From Octopus sinensis (taxonomy: Eukaryota): a stretch of 64,000 bases of DNA. Where the stretch lies: the NCBI RefSeq assembly GCF_006345805.1, contig NC_043006.1:54870001-54934000 (forward strand), read 5' to 3'. The position numbers and the translations under genes are program-made. Below, piece by piece: positions 24,326-36,865 of this stretch. The notes beneath the pieces were generated by a model, which had not been told where the DNA came from, ran no database searches, and worked only from the letters and a program-made list of their open reading frames with translations. Positions within the stretch are counted from its first letter, which is position 1, and every line of letters starts with the position of its first letter.

Positions 24326-24346
24326 ACATTCTCTCGAAGAAAGATC
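24326..24346 (-). CDS. NRBP1: Candidate 21-nt alternative microexon of NRBP, phase 1-1: (G)SFFERM(F)
   Basis: ctcattctctttacccccacag|GATCTTTCTTCGAGAGAATGT|gtaagtatg; length is a multiple of 3, no stop in the required phase, peptide resembles vertebrate VFHRIF. No transcript evidence available. Confidence 0.72.
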
Positions 24347-24491
24347 CTGTGGGGGTAAAGAGAATGAGTTCATTTGGTCTGCCAAGCTTGAAGCTCATTT
24401 TACTTTTTTTTTTTTTGGTATTTATATTTAATTACAAATAAACAAATAAAAAACAAACATAAACAAACAAAAATAAAAATAAAAGCAACAC

Positions 24492-24545
<54 letters not shown>

Positions 24546-26053
24546 GAGGATACACGTGAAATTAAAATCAAAATCTATTAAACAGAGAATAACTTAAAAG
24601 TGAAGTGAGCCAAGCATTATTATTATTGTTATAATAGTAGAGAAGACATGACAAGGCAATCCAGGCATGCAAAGTATCATGCTGCTACATACTGACATTA
24701 CATTATGTAGTGGTGGTGCAGTTGTTTTGGGAATGTAGAAACACAAGAAGAATTGCAGATGTTGTCCCAAAATATTTGTTTGGGGATTTTATCGCTATAG
24801 ATTTTGCTGAATGAAAAGCTTGTCAAATGAAAAAAAAAAAAAAAAAAGAAGCAAAATAAATATAAAGAAAAGGAATCAAATTAAAATAAATGCGTTAAAA
24901 TGTGTTGTCCCCATAAACTATATTGTTAGCTGGTGCTACTTATACAAATATACATATAATGATGATGGATATAGTAATAATAATGTTTAACATAGGCACA
25001 TGGCAACAAATCTGCAAGAATGGTACAATTGATTACTTGAATGTTCAAGTAACTGACTGCTCTACTGGTCAGTTAGCTCACATATTATTTTATCAAAGCA
25101 GGGTTTATACTCAAAACATACAGAAATGTACCTAAATACCATGTCACATACTGGCTAGGATTTACTGTATTCTGTAATCCCCACCCCACTGCCAAATAAC
25201 AAGGATTTCTACAAGCAAAGAAGAGAACATCTATGAGGTCACTTGACCTGCAAAGAAAGTCAAATTCCATTGAGAAAAGAAAGAGTAATACAAAAATGTA
25301 ATCCAATACACTATAAATAGAGGGCTACTATGTCTTTGATCACAGGTTTTCTCAGTAAGAGTTAATCTGGGATTAAACAGCAATAACATAAAGATCTTGA
25401 AAATAGGCAGGCACAAGGCTGTATAGATTTATAGAGGAGAGGTTTAATCTCAAATCCAATACATGACTGATCCATGTATTATCATTTATTAAGCCTGGAA
25501 AGATGAAAACAGATATCCTGGTGGGATATGAACTCAGCATGTAAAAGACAAGGATGTAACTGAATGGTTCATGTATTAACTCTTCAGCATTTGGATTACT
25601 TTATGGACTCTAAAGCTTATTTATTCACATTGTTTTGAATCAATCATGCATTATCGTGCAGCTTCAACATTTTGATGATGCTACTGTCTATTTTTAGAAT
25701 GACATTGCCGGGTATGTATGGGAGGCCAGATCTGACCAGTTTAAATGCTAAAGGGTTATTTTGAGCACTGTCATTTGTGCCATCCTACCAATGACTAAAT
25801 AAAAAGTTATCAAGCACACAAGTGTCACCAAGTTGCATAAAACACATTGTCTACTAGCAACTGCCTCGCTAGTGAATTGTCTTCATTATAAAACCCACCC
25901 CACCCTACCCACAACTCTTTACATTATTGTGTGATTGCAAGCATTTTGCAGGCCGCCATAGTTTGGCTTTGTTTACTTGCTTCCTTCATAAAAATAGTCG
26001 TCAGTTGTCATTTGATAGAATATACCAAATAAAGAGAATAAAAAAATGAAGTG

Positions 26054-26270
26054 AATAATAATAATAATAATAATAATAATATTTTCTACTGTAGGCACAA
26101 GGCCTGAAATTTTGGGGAATGGGGAAAATCATTACACTGACCCCAGTGCTTAACTGGTATTTATTTTATCGTCTCCAGAAAGAATGAAAGGTAAAGATGA
26201 CCATGGCAGAATTTTAACTCAGAATGTAAAGATAGACAAAATGCCACTATGGTATGCTAATGATTCTGCC
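26054..26270 (-). mobile_element. SINE family A, (ATT)n-tailed subfamily
   Basis: Reverse complement of the family A head and core, with the CCTTGTGCCT tail. Confidence 0.85.
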
Positions 26271-26286
26271 ATTATTATTGTTATTA

Positions 26287-26515
26287 AAGGCAGTGAGTTG
26301 GCAGAATCATTACTGTGCTGGATGAAATGCCTAGCAGTATTTTGTCTGCCTTTACGTTCTGAGTTCAAATACTGCCGAAGTCAACCTTGCCTTTCATCCT
26401 TTCAGGGTCGATAAATTTAGTACCAGTTGTGTACTGGGATTGATCTAATCAACTGGCCCCCTACCCCAAAATTTCAGGCCTTGTGCCTATAATAGAAAGG
26501 ATTATTATTATTAAT
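26287..26515 (+). mobile_element. SINE family A, (ATT)n-tailed subfamily (inverted partner)
   Basis: AAGGCAGTGAGTTGGCAGAA head, GAGTTCAAATAC B-box, GCCTTTCATCCTTTCAGGGTCGATAAA core. Confidence 0.9.
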
Positions 26516-27349
26516 ATCACCACAAAGGCACTGGTTGAAGGAGATATCACAGGGTTAAGTGACAAAACAAAAAGAGAAATGGAGTTTTCATTGAAATCAA
26601 ATAAAATGAGATGAAAGATAATGACGTATACAGCAAATAAGATATGGTTGATGAGGAAGACTGTCAATAAAGGAACTCCACAGATCCAAGAGTACTCTGA
26701 TTGACTACAAAGAGCAAGTTCCCTCCCCCAGCAATATTTTTGACCTCCTGACCCAGGATTGCAGCCCTTTCAAAGAGATATACCATTCACAAATCTCTGC
26801 AGCTGTTGCTGCCAGTACCAAAAGCATTGGCTGCTGATTGACAGCCTGACCAGTGAAACATGTTCCTTTTGCAAGAAGTGAAAGAGTTGTCATACATACA
26901 CAATACAGAAATACAAGTCATCAAATGAGCTTATGCAAAGTGATAAAAATTAGCAACTAAGTCTCCCTTGGTTTGCATCTTATCATAAGAAAGAATAAGA
27001 GGAATATATTGGATGACATGGTCCTTGATGTACTGTGTCTGAAAACAAGATGGATATGGTAATGTTTGGAATGCCTTTGATCAGAGGCCAGCTTGTTTAA
27101 GGGCCTAAAAGAAACAACAGCAACAACAATACAAATATTTTATAAACACATTAAAATGAAGTCCATCTAGCTGATTAAAAAAACCTTCACTGCAACCATC
27201 TGGTCAATAATGTGTTGTGTCCTCTCTGTCCCTTTTCCTGCTACCACAACCACTGCTCCTTTGAGCCAGTTTGTTGAGTAATGCCACTATCCAAATCCAT
27301 TCATTGCATCATTCAACACTTTTATCATCACTAATCACCATTCAAGTGT

Positions 27350-27700
27350 GGCCGATACCAGTGCTACTTGACTGGAATCCGTGCTGATGGCACATAAAAA
27401 GCACCATTCAAGCATAGCCAATGCCAGTGCCACCTGACTGGCACCCATGGCGGTGGCACGTAAAACATTTGAGCATGGCTGATGCCAGTGGTGCCTGAGT
27501 GGTACCTGTGCTGGTGACATGTAAAAAGCACCCACCACACCCTTGGAGTGGTTGACATTAGGAAGGGCATCCAGCTGCAGAAACCTTGCCGAATCAGATT
27601 GGAGCCTGGTGTAGCCTCCTGGCTTACCAGTTCTCAGTCAAACCATCCAACCCATGACAGCACGGAAAGCAAAGGTTAAACAATGATGATTATGATGACC
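27350..27700 (+). mobile_element. SINE-like family C with three internal ~60-65-bp tandem units
   Basis: Repeated GCCAGTGCCACCTGACTGGC...GGCACATAAAAAGCACC units precede the AGGAAGGGCATCC core. Confidence 0.85.
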
Positions 27701-27719
27701 ATTCCAAATCCTCTACCAA

Positions 27720-27860
27720 GTATTTTACTAAATCATTTCTCCTCAGAGCTTCAATCTTCTGTAAATCCTGCTTAGTCAATTTTTTTCTGTACTGTGAAGT
27801 CCAAGTTAGCTATCAACTGCACTGACCTATTGGAGAAGCATACAAAGGATGTGGGCATGG
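27720..27860 (-). mobile_element. Possible LINE reverse-transcriptase C-terminal fragment
   Basis: YASPI...KQDLQKIEALRRN loosely resembles the CR1/L2 EYASPVW...DIQKLERVQRR motif; short and degenerate. Confidence 0.3.
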
Positions 27861-30800
27861 CCCTTCTTGTAATGAAAAACTAACGTCTAAACTATTATGA
27901 GGACCAAAAGAAAACATTACAGACCAGAAGGTAGTTTTTGTTATTAATCTCAATAAAATAAATCATGAGAAAAAATAGAATAAACTTAGACATGTTGAAT
28001 AAACAACAGAAAAACTGCTCAAATAAACATTATTATTGATGAGCAGGACACAAGTATTAATAGTAAGAGGTGAAATCCAACAGAAACATTAGATTCTGTA
28101 AACAGTGACTGATATCATAAAATAACAAAACACATCCAAGTAGAAGCTGAAATTAGATACCATACAATGAATCTAGCCTTTGAAATTTAAAAATAATAAG
28201 GAAGATGGTGACTATGGCAGTGACCAGTGACTATGATAATGATGGTGATGATAATGAAGTTATTTTGTGATGACAGTGGTGATGATGGAGAAATAGATAC
28301 AGTGCTTTCTTTTAATAATTAGTAACCTTAGCAACCATATTCTTGTCCAGTAGTGGATTGTCAGGAGTACCACATCTAAGAGTGAAATGACAAGTTATTA
28401 AAGAGAGATGTATTTCTCATTAGCAGGCTCACATTATTAAAGCACTCACATGCATGATAGACAGTGCAATGTGTGTGCAATAATATTAGTAAAAACTTAA
28501 TTATTCAGTTGCTGTCTACCAAATTTCACTCACAAAGCATTGGTCAGCCTGAAAATAGACACTTGCTCAAGTACCATGTAGTAGGATGGACCACAAAAAC
28601 CACACGGCTGAGAACCAAGCTGCTTAACCACACAGCCATACCTACAGCTATCATATGCAAGTGTGAATGCACACAGGTGTGGGTTTTGGGATGTATGTTT
28701 CTGCATGTCCTTCACATAGTCTCAGAGTGAACAGAAAGTGGTTGCAATGTTTACATCTCTAGCAAACAATATTTCCCTTGGCTTGCTTCCCTTGGCTTGT
28801 AGTCGAACAAATTTTTAAGCCTAGTACTTATTCTACTGGCCTCTTTTGCCAAACTTAAGTTATGGGGATGTAAACACACTGATACTGGTTGTCAAGCAGT
28901 GATGGGGGTGACAAACACACGCACAAAGGCACACAGATACATACATACATCCACACACATATATAATGGACTTCTTTTAGTTTCTGTTTACCAAATTCAT
29001 AAACAAGGCTTTAGTTGGCCCAAGGCTATGCTGGAAGACACTTGCCCAAGGTGCCACACAGTGGGACTGAGCCTGGAACTATGTGGCTGAGAAGCAAACT
29101 TCTTACCACACAGCCATACCTATGCCTACATTGTTATTATTTCATTTAAAATCTACAGAACACAGTTAATACACTGGGAAACATTTTCCACCATCAATGT
29201 GAAATTACTTCAGCATTTGGCAAATAAAAGCAATCAATTGAAAAGATAATCAAGAATTGACATATTTGTGGCTGAGTATTCCTATGTGTTTCACCATGAT
29301 AACATGCACTAGTGCATTCTGTAAAGTAGTTGATAATAGGAAGGGCATCCGGTCATAGAAAATATTCCAAAATTGGAACATATATGCAAGACATGGTCCT
29401 TGATCCTTCTAAGAGAGCAGTAAATCCAAATAAGAGCTGTCTCAGTCTGTGGTGACTTATCCAACACATGCTAGCATGAAAAAGTAGCCAAAAACATAAT
29501 GATGAGATCATGGTGCCAGTACTAGGGAGGTTGTCATAGTCATTTGTACTCCTTATTGTCTCCCTTCATTTGCTAACCATTTTACAGAGAGCACTGGTAA
29601 ATTTTATGACATCAACATTAAAGAGGTTACCGTGCCCCTCGTTAAACAAAATGTCTTCTCTACCCTACACTGCCACAATCCAATTGTTCACCAGCACTAG
29701 AGGGTTGCTGCGTCCAGTTACCAACAGATAGAAGAGACAGCAATGAAAGAGAGTGATAGACATTTACATGATGGCTGTTAATAAGGAATTGGTAGAAAGG
29801 TAGGATGACAGTGACAGAAGAAAGACTACTGGAATTGAAAGATGGGAGGGATATATATATGTCAGATAGATAGAGAGTGGTAGATGCCAAATATGTGCAA
29901 AGTGAGCATGATGGATAGTAATAAAGATAGCTAATTGTAAAGGAATGTTTATATGTGTGTGTGTATATGTGTTTGTAATATGAACATGAATGTACCTGAT
30001 TAACGAGTTTAACATTTTCCAAAGGATATTTCTCATGGTATCCAGTTAAGGATTGAAAACATGATATACAAGGTTACAGTATTTCCATTTTGAAGTCCTG
30101 TTTCATTGCCAAAATATGCATATAGTACGCACGCGCACACATGGATTTTAGGGAGTGTAGATACAAAGTAATTTTGTAAAGAAGTGAGTATAGTCAGCTG
30201 CATTGACCCCATTGTTCTATTGAACCAGAAGATTTTCAGTAAGGAAGATTCCAATCTGGCAGGATTTCAATACTAATGTATGTGCTATGTGTAATGGGGA
30301 GAGTGTGTGTATACATGCATACAAGCTCAAATATGCACACGCACACACACAGACTCTCTCTCTCTCTCACTCTCTCAAACAAACACACAGATATGCGTAA
30401 ATTTGTAATAAGTTGATACATTATTCTTGAACTTATTTGCTGTCAATAGTTTGTTTCTGTAGTTGAATAATTTGTTAAAAAAAAAAAAAGAAAAAGTTTT
30501 CTACAAAATAGGAGGAATGAAATTTGACTCAAGTACAATGATGTCCAATATCTACTCCTGAAGGGCAGAAAAAAAGATGAAAAAAAACCCCCTCCAAAAA
30601 CTGTGATATATATATATCTATCAGAGAGGGACATTCGGGTATTCCTACAACATACTGAGTGCTTTTAGTTATAATAAATGCTACTGAAAGCATATATATG
30701 TGTGTTTATGTAGAAAGGTTGAGTGTAAGACCTAGACCAAGCAAAAGCAGTAGAGATCCAGTTAACAATGTTGTCCCAAATGCAACATGTATATGTACAA

Positions 30801-33074
30801 ACAAGTAAATGTCAAAATCACAATTTATGTGAAGGTCAAGGTTGAGATTTCTGAGTTTACTTCCTCCTCCAAACATTCCAGATACTCTCACATAGCAAAC
30901 AAACATTAAAGAATTGCTGTAGCTACAAAACAGAAGCATATAAGCAGCCATGCTATACAAAGTGCAATTACTCACCCATTTGCAGAGAGAGACAGAAAGA
31001 CCATCACAATCTTTATTATTATTATTATTATTATTAATATTATGACTACTACAACTACTACTACAACTACCACATCACAAAAAGCAGCATAATGGTTAAA
31101 CAGTTATTCTTTACCCTTCAGGATTTTTTAATTTTTTAAAATTCAGAATATTTTCAGGACCAAAATTCCCTCAAACACCATATGAACATTAATACAGGCA
31201 CAATACCTGTAATTCTGAGTGGAAGGGGCTAACTTCATTGGCACATGATTTTATCATCAACTTCCTGGAGGAACAAAAGGCAAAGTTGATCCTGGCAATA
31301 TTTGAACTCAGAATGTAAAAGAGCCAGAATAAACAGAGCAAGGCATTTTGCAGGACATTCTAATGATTTTGCCAATGCACCATCATCTCAAACAACATAT
31401 AAATTAGATTTCCTGATTCTTAAATTTACAGGCTCATCTGTGTGTTTGAGAAAATTTAAAGAAATATTTACATTTGTGATGTTGTTAAAGTTTATTTTAC
31501 TTTTAGTTTATAAGAACCCCCCCCACCCGATGAAATTGAAGTAGTTTGTCAATATTACAGTTCTAATAACCAGCAAATCCACAGGTTTTACGAACTGTGT
31601 GTGTGTGAGTGTTTTGTTGGTTGAAAATGAGCAGTATGAGAATAGGGGGGGAAGCATCTCAAGTCGCCGAAATTGATAAACAATTAACGAACACAAAATC
31701 TTTCAGTTTGAAAAAGAAAAAAAAAAAAATTCAGTAAAAACAGGCAAACTTAACAAATGCAGAGTAAGAGACATGGCGCAGTATTTAAAGACCAATTTCT
31801 TTCAAAGAATGCAACAGTAAAAAACTGTATCAAGTTCATATCCAGAAGCAAGTTAAAAAGCAAGATATGTGATATGGGAGGCAGTATTGCTACAACAGCA
31901 CAATATGATATTGGTAGCAATTTCATCTTTCAGAAGGAAATGTATAAAGAGCAGCCAGAATTTTACAATATATATATTATATACATATATATACCCATAC
32001 ATACATATACATACATATATATATATATGAGGGAAACAAATGTGGAAAAAAAAAAAAAACTGGTGCCAGGGTGGTTTTAAGGAAAAAAAAAAGGTGGAAA
32101 AATATAACAAACAGGAAAAATTTAAGTAAAAATTTAATGCAAGAAAGTTTCCAAAACAAAACCCAGTAGAAACCCACCAGTTCTGAACAGATGGATAATA
32201 CCACAGGAAACCATGACTGATGTCACCAGTGCTGAAATAAAAGCAAGTACTGAAAGTAAACGGGCCTTAAGGTGGGGGTAGTGGGAGTTTACAGGCATGT
32301 ATATTTGCATGTGATATGTGTGTGTCTGTGTGTGTATGCATATTTGTTAAAGTATACATTGTGTGTACATGTAGCACAGCCAGTAGTACATCCAGCTGTC
32401 ATTAATTGTTGTAGGTTTGTATGTAGTAGCAAATAGATATAGATGCTCTCTGGACACCCACTCACTCTTGACCTAGCAGCAAACCCAAACCCAGGATGTG
32501 ACAGCTGGAGGGCAAGAGTGAAAGAGAGAGAGAGAGAGCAGAATCAGCACCTGACCGGTACTCGTTTACAGTTTAAGCAGACAAGAATAACATGAAATGA
32601 AGTGCCTTGCTCAAAGACACAACACACCTCCTGCTTCATGACTATAAGGTTGGGACCAAGAACCTTATGGTCATGAGTCAAATATCTTTAACCACGTGCC
32701 TTCACATGTATGTATGTATATGTGTGTGTGTGTGTGTCAGAGAATACATACAATCACTATTTGTAATATATTACAAATAGTGACTCAAAAAGATTTGCCA
32801 GTCACCAAGGGACATCTTACTCTACTACAATGATGATGATGATGATGATGATAACTATGCAAGTATGAATGGAGACTTGTTTCCAAAAGGCACATCTGCT
32901 TAAAAACACAACTTTTGATTTTATTGCTTAAAAGTCCAATAGAATCACACACGACAAAATATTTAGCATAAGTTTCGTAAGTATACTGTCACCATATTTG
33001 ATTACTGAGGTACCACTAAAGCCGGTTGCTTTCCTGGAGGGCAACAGGCTTCAGTGGTAACTTATGCACCCCAA

Positions 33075-34070
33075 GAAATTTGGTGAATGCAATTTGTTGC
33101 CCTTGATATATGCAAAACTTTTAACCATGTCTGACATGTAAATCTCCTATTAAAACTACCCACCTAGGGGCTTCATCTGTCTCTCATCTCTTTGATTGGT
33201 AGCTTCCTTATCAGACAATTCTCTTGTGGTATTTGTTGATGGAGTTCTCTTTATCTCTCATTCTATCAACCCTGGCATGCTCCACAGTTCAATCCCCACC
33301 AACTATCTTCTATATACCAATAACTTGATATCGCACCCAACAATACTCCCTCTTACAGATGGCACTGCCCTTTATTCTTCCCTAACCATAACATCATAGT
33401 CCAAGCACACACTGACTCCATGAACAGAGATTTCAAAAAACATCCTCTAAAGTGGACATACCAACCTTATCTCTTTCAACAAGAAAACATCATTGCATCC
33501 CATCCCCTTAACCCAGTGTAGTAGGCAATGAGGATCCATATTATTCCAAATGTTGGACCTCACTGTCACTGAGAATCTCTTTTGGTGAGAGTACATCTGT
33601 AACATAGCATGGATTACATCCCAATGACTAGCTCTTGTCTTGGGGACCAGAGATACTTTAGCTCTCCCCCCACCCTACAATTAGTAACATTCTATAAAGT
33701 CCAGGGAGACCCTCAGTAGCATAATGGTCTTGCACCTGGTGTCACTACTGCTGCATGCATAATCATCACAGACCACACCGAGAAAAATGACACCCAACTG
33801 ATTGGCATAAAGTCACTCAGAGGTTTAGTCTTCTCACTCTCTCTTTTTCTCTCTCTCTGCCTGCCTTTTCTATTACTCAGGCATTCCTGACCTATTTATC
33901 ACTTTCCCTTGTCACCCTTGTTGTGCCTACAGTCTCCAGGCCTCACACATAACTATGCCTAGTCCTTCATTCCCAAATCATTAACCCTCTGAAATTTCCA
34001 TTTCTGATTGTTTCTTTTCTATAGGTGTTGACTTGAAAGGTTCAAGAGGGACATTAATGAAATCAATCTT
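33075..34070 (+). mobile_element. CR1-clade LINE relic (RT domain to 3' end)
   Basis: Degenerate translation VALDICKTFNHV*HVNLLLKLP, SFLSDNSLVVFVDGV, YLLYTNNL, ISFNKKT, LQLVTFYKVQ, SFIPKSLTL*N corresponds to CR1 ALDISKAFDRVWH / SFLSNR..VVVDG / LLYINDL / FNASKT / LLTLYKAQIRP / SFIPRTSKLWN. Confidence 0.88.
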
Positions 34071-36319
34071 ATTGGTCTAAGATGGCCTGCAAAGGCTATG
34101 AGCATTATCCCCTTCCTCTTGACTCAGCAAGTTACACGAAAAAACAGAAAAGAAAAAACAGCATTGTACTTGATTACAATGATATAGTGCAGTGTCTTAT
34201 GTTATCTTGCTGTGATTTAACCTTAACTCAGCTCTGATCCAGCAGATATATAATCTTAGGCCCACAATATTCAATGAGTAGCCACAGATATTTTTAAACT
34301 AGCAAAATCCTCAGATTAGCTTTTTATATAAAGGTTGACAGAACTGTGTGTCTTAGCAATGGACACTGCACCATGCTGGTAGACTGGTACACAACAAAAC
34401 CCAGTTATGACTCAATATCAAATAGCAGTAAAGGACTTGCTTCAACCGTTCATGGAGAAATCTGAATTTGCACAACGACCAAAGCCATGTTGGCTTAGAA
34501 AATAAATTTAAAAATAGTTCAGACGAAGAAAATATATTGATCAATGATGTATATTAGGAGAAATATTACATATTCATAATATTGATTTTGCTGTACTATC
34601 CTCACTGCCAAAACTGTGTGAGTAAACGAGGAATCTTTATGCAGTTGTTCTCCTGCTAGAAATAATGGAAAAATCTCATATCCTGTTGTCTTAAAAGTGG
34701 AATGAACAACAATGTCATCATCACCATTTAATGTCTGTTTTCCATACTGGCATGGGTGGGACAGTTTGACCAGAGCTGGCAAGCTGGACCAGGTTCCAGT
34801 CTGTTTTGGCTTGGTTTCTTACGGCTGGATACCCTTCCTAATGCTAACCACTTTACAGAGTGTGCTGAATGCTTTTTATGTGGTCCAGCATGGATGCTTC
34901 TTACATGGCGATAGCACATAAAATAAATGTTCTCCTAGAGAAACTATTTGGAGGGATGGAATAGACAGAATGATTTTGGTTGAAACATTTAAGTTTGCTG
35001 AATCAGATCTGACCTGAAACTAAACCAAAACAACATCCATAATTTATATCTGTTTCTTTTCCAAGCTTCAGACCTTGTTAGATCACCAAGTTGTTTTTCA
35101 GCAGGAAGTCTGACCATTTGCAAAGTCCAACCTAAACACCTCTATAACTCATATGTACAAAAATTTGCTAAAAAAAAAAAACCCACTTTTGTACAAATTA
35201 GTGGTGAATACCAATATCACAACCATCATCATAATTATATTCATATTTCACAAAAATTATTCTTGTAGGCTACAAAAACAACATTATAACCAACTCTGCA
35301 ATAGGTTTTCTCAACTCTACAAACAAAACACAACTCTAATCAACATAATCTATCCAAATTGTTCTTTATCGCACAGTACCATAGAGAAACACAAAATGAA
35401 TATAAAGACACACATACAGTTATAAATATAGACCTAATCAAGTCAACAAGAAAGCCTCTAGAAGTAGCCGACAAATCTCCCTTAAAGCACACACATTCTA
35501 TTAAAAAAAAATACAATTAATAATGTGGTCCTTGATATACTACGCCTGGAAAGAAAAAAGAAAAGAAGACTAGATGGTTCTGGGTAGAACACATTTAAGT
35601 ATAGATATGCTGCATCAAGGCTGACCTGAAGTTAAATAACAACATTTTAATGATCTAATAAGAACAGTATAGTAAGAATAATTTATGAAAAGGGGATTTG
35701 AAGGTAAAAAAATATAAAAATAAAGAGTAGACAGTGATTGGTTAGATATTTTTTGAGGTTCTTCTAAAATAATGACAATGCTTTGATAATATATTCAGCT
35801 TGTAAAAGGATTACACACACACACACAGAGAGACACATGAAGCATGTATCATATGATTTTGCCGTCTACAAATAAATTAGCTTTAATAGGTTTTTTGTAT
35901 CTATTTTTACAGCTTATTTAAAGAAATATTTTGCATATATTTTGTGTTTCTAGTCATGAAAGGGTTATAACTAATAACTTGTGCTTCTTCCATTGATTCT
36001 TGAAAAAAATGAATGAAAGATAAAAGTTGATGCAACTAGTAATTGAACTTAAAATAATTAGGCTCTAAACAACTTGTAATATAGAAACTAATCCTCCTTA
36101 CTATAATTTTAGGCTTATATGATATGAAGATCTGCAAAAGCCTCTGGGAAATTGTTTGTGTAGAAAGGAATTCTCGAAAGGTTTTCCAACATACTAAAAC
36201 AGCTGTACAATAGTATTTGTATAGGGGTGAGCAGATTTCAAACAACTTGTTCCACTGCAACTACTGTAATTATCCTCTTACATTAAATTCCAATTATATC
36301 CAGTTTTTCTCTTACATCA

Positions 36320-36865
36320 TTTGTACTCCATCGTTCATTCATACTAACACTAGGTGACACAGAGTCACTATCTTGGTTCATTCCTTTCTAGCCTTTGAAA
36401 ATCTACCACAACCAAGGCCCATGCTTTGCTACCATGTTGCATCACACTTTGTATGCAACATGATGTAATCTACCCTTCACTCTGAAAGAGGAACACTTCA
36501 TTTCCAGCAGAACTTTTTCACTTTGTTCTTATTCTGGCAACCAAGCTTTCTCGCCTGCAATACCAATTAGGTTATTAATGTTGCAAAAAGCTATCAACTC
36601 CTATGGAACCTTCTGAGCATTTGAAGGAATATAATTCATGTCTCTTACTGATATCTATTCCTGTGTTTCAGCCACAGAAGTCTAGCTTCCTTCATAGTCT
36701 GCCTGTGATCCCACTACATGCCTTTGTGCATCCAAATCTACACCTAGTACACTGTATCTCATCTCTACTTATTCCTTTATCACATATCAAGCATGACCAC
36801 TTTCTCAATAGTAGTAACTTTCAGTCTTCATTATTGCTTACAGAAACTCATCTTGGTTAAGCATT
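36320..36865 (-). mobile_element. RTE-clade LINE relic (post-RT region)
   Basis: Minus-strand CLICDKGISRDEIQCTRC, ESLVARIRT and FRVKGRL resemble RTE C..C.KGVG.NSI.C..C, ESVVARIR and LRVKGRLY motifs. Confidence 0.75.

Larger units (their letters stand above)
1431..24346 (-). other. NRBP1: NRBP1/Madm-family pseudokinase gene, partial (middle and C-terminal exons; 5' exons and last exon not located in window)
   Basis: Seven exons splice in phase to VAPDAIHHHVKTYREDLKNMHCIAPEYEGPGQVTTAVDIYSFGMCALEMAALEIQGNG...ELLFHAVLFEVHSLKLLAGNC...ELEKFLEDVRNGIYPLTAF...LAEELVHYGFINE. This matches remembered NRBP1 motifs (APEYG, TTAVDIYSFGMCALEMA, SLKLL BC-box, FLEDVRNGIYPL, C-terminal CCT-like domain). The span includes the candidate microexon at 24326. 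Confidence 0.96.

Noticed and set aside
27350-27535. CRISPR-like repeat-spacer array
   Set aside because: Eukaryotic context, only three degenerate units, internal to a multi-copy SINE, no cas genes.
30970-31010. Strong minus-strand donor (TGG|gtgagt) preceded by a pyrimidine tract and UGC
   Set aside because: The tract is followed by CAA rather than CAG, so there is no acceptor; a hypothetical 4-nt exon would also frameshift.
36433-36462. 10-bp perfect hairpin CATGTTGCAT/ATGCAACATG
   Set aside because: Short, AT-rich and inside a decayed RTE coding region; compatible with chance.
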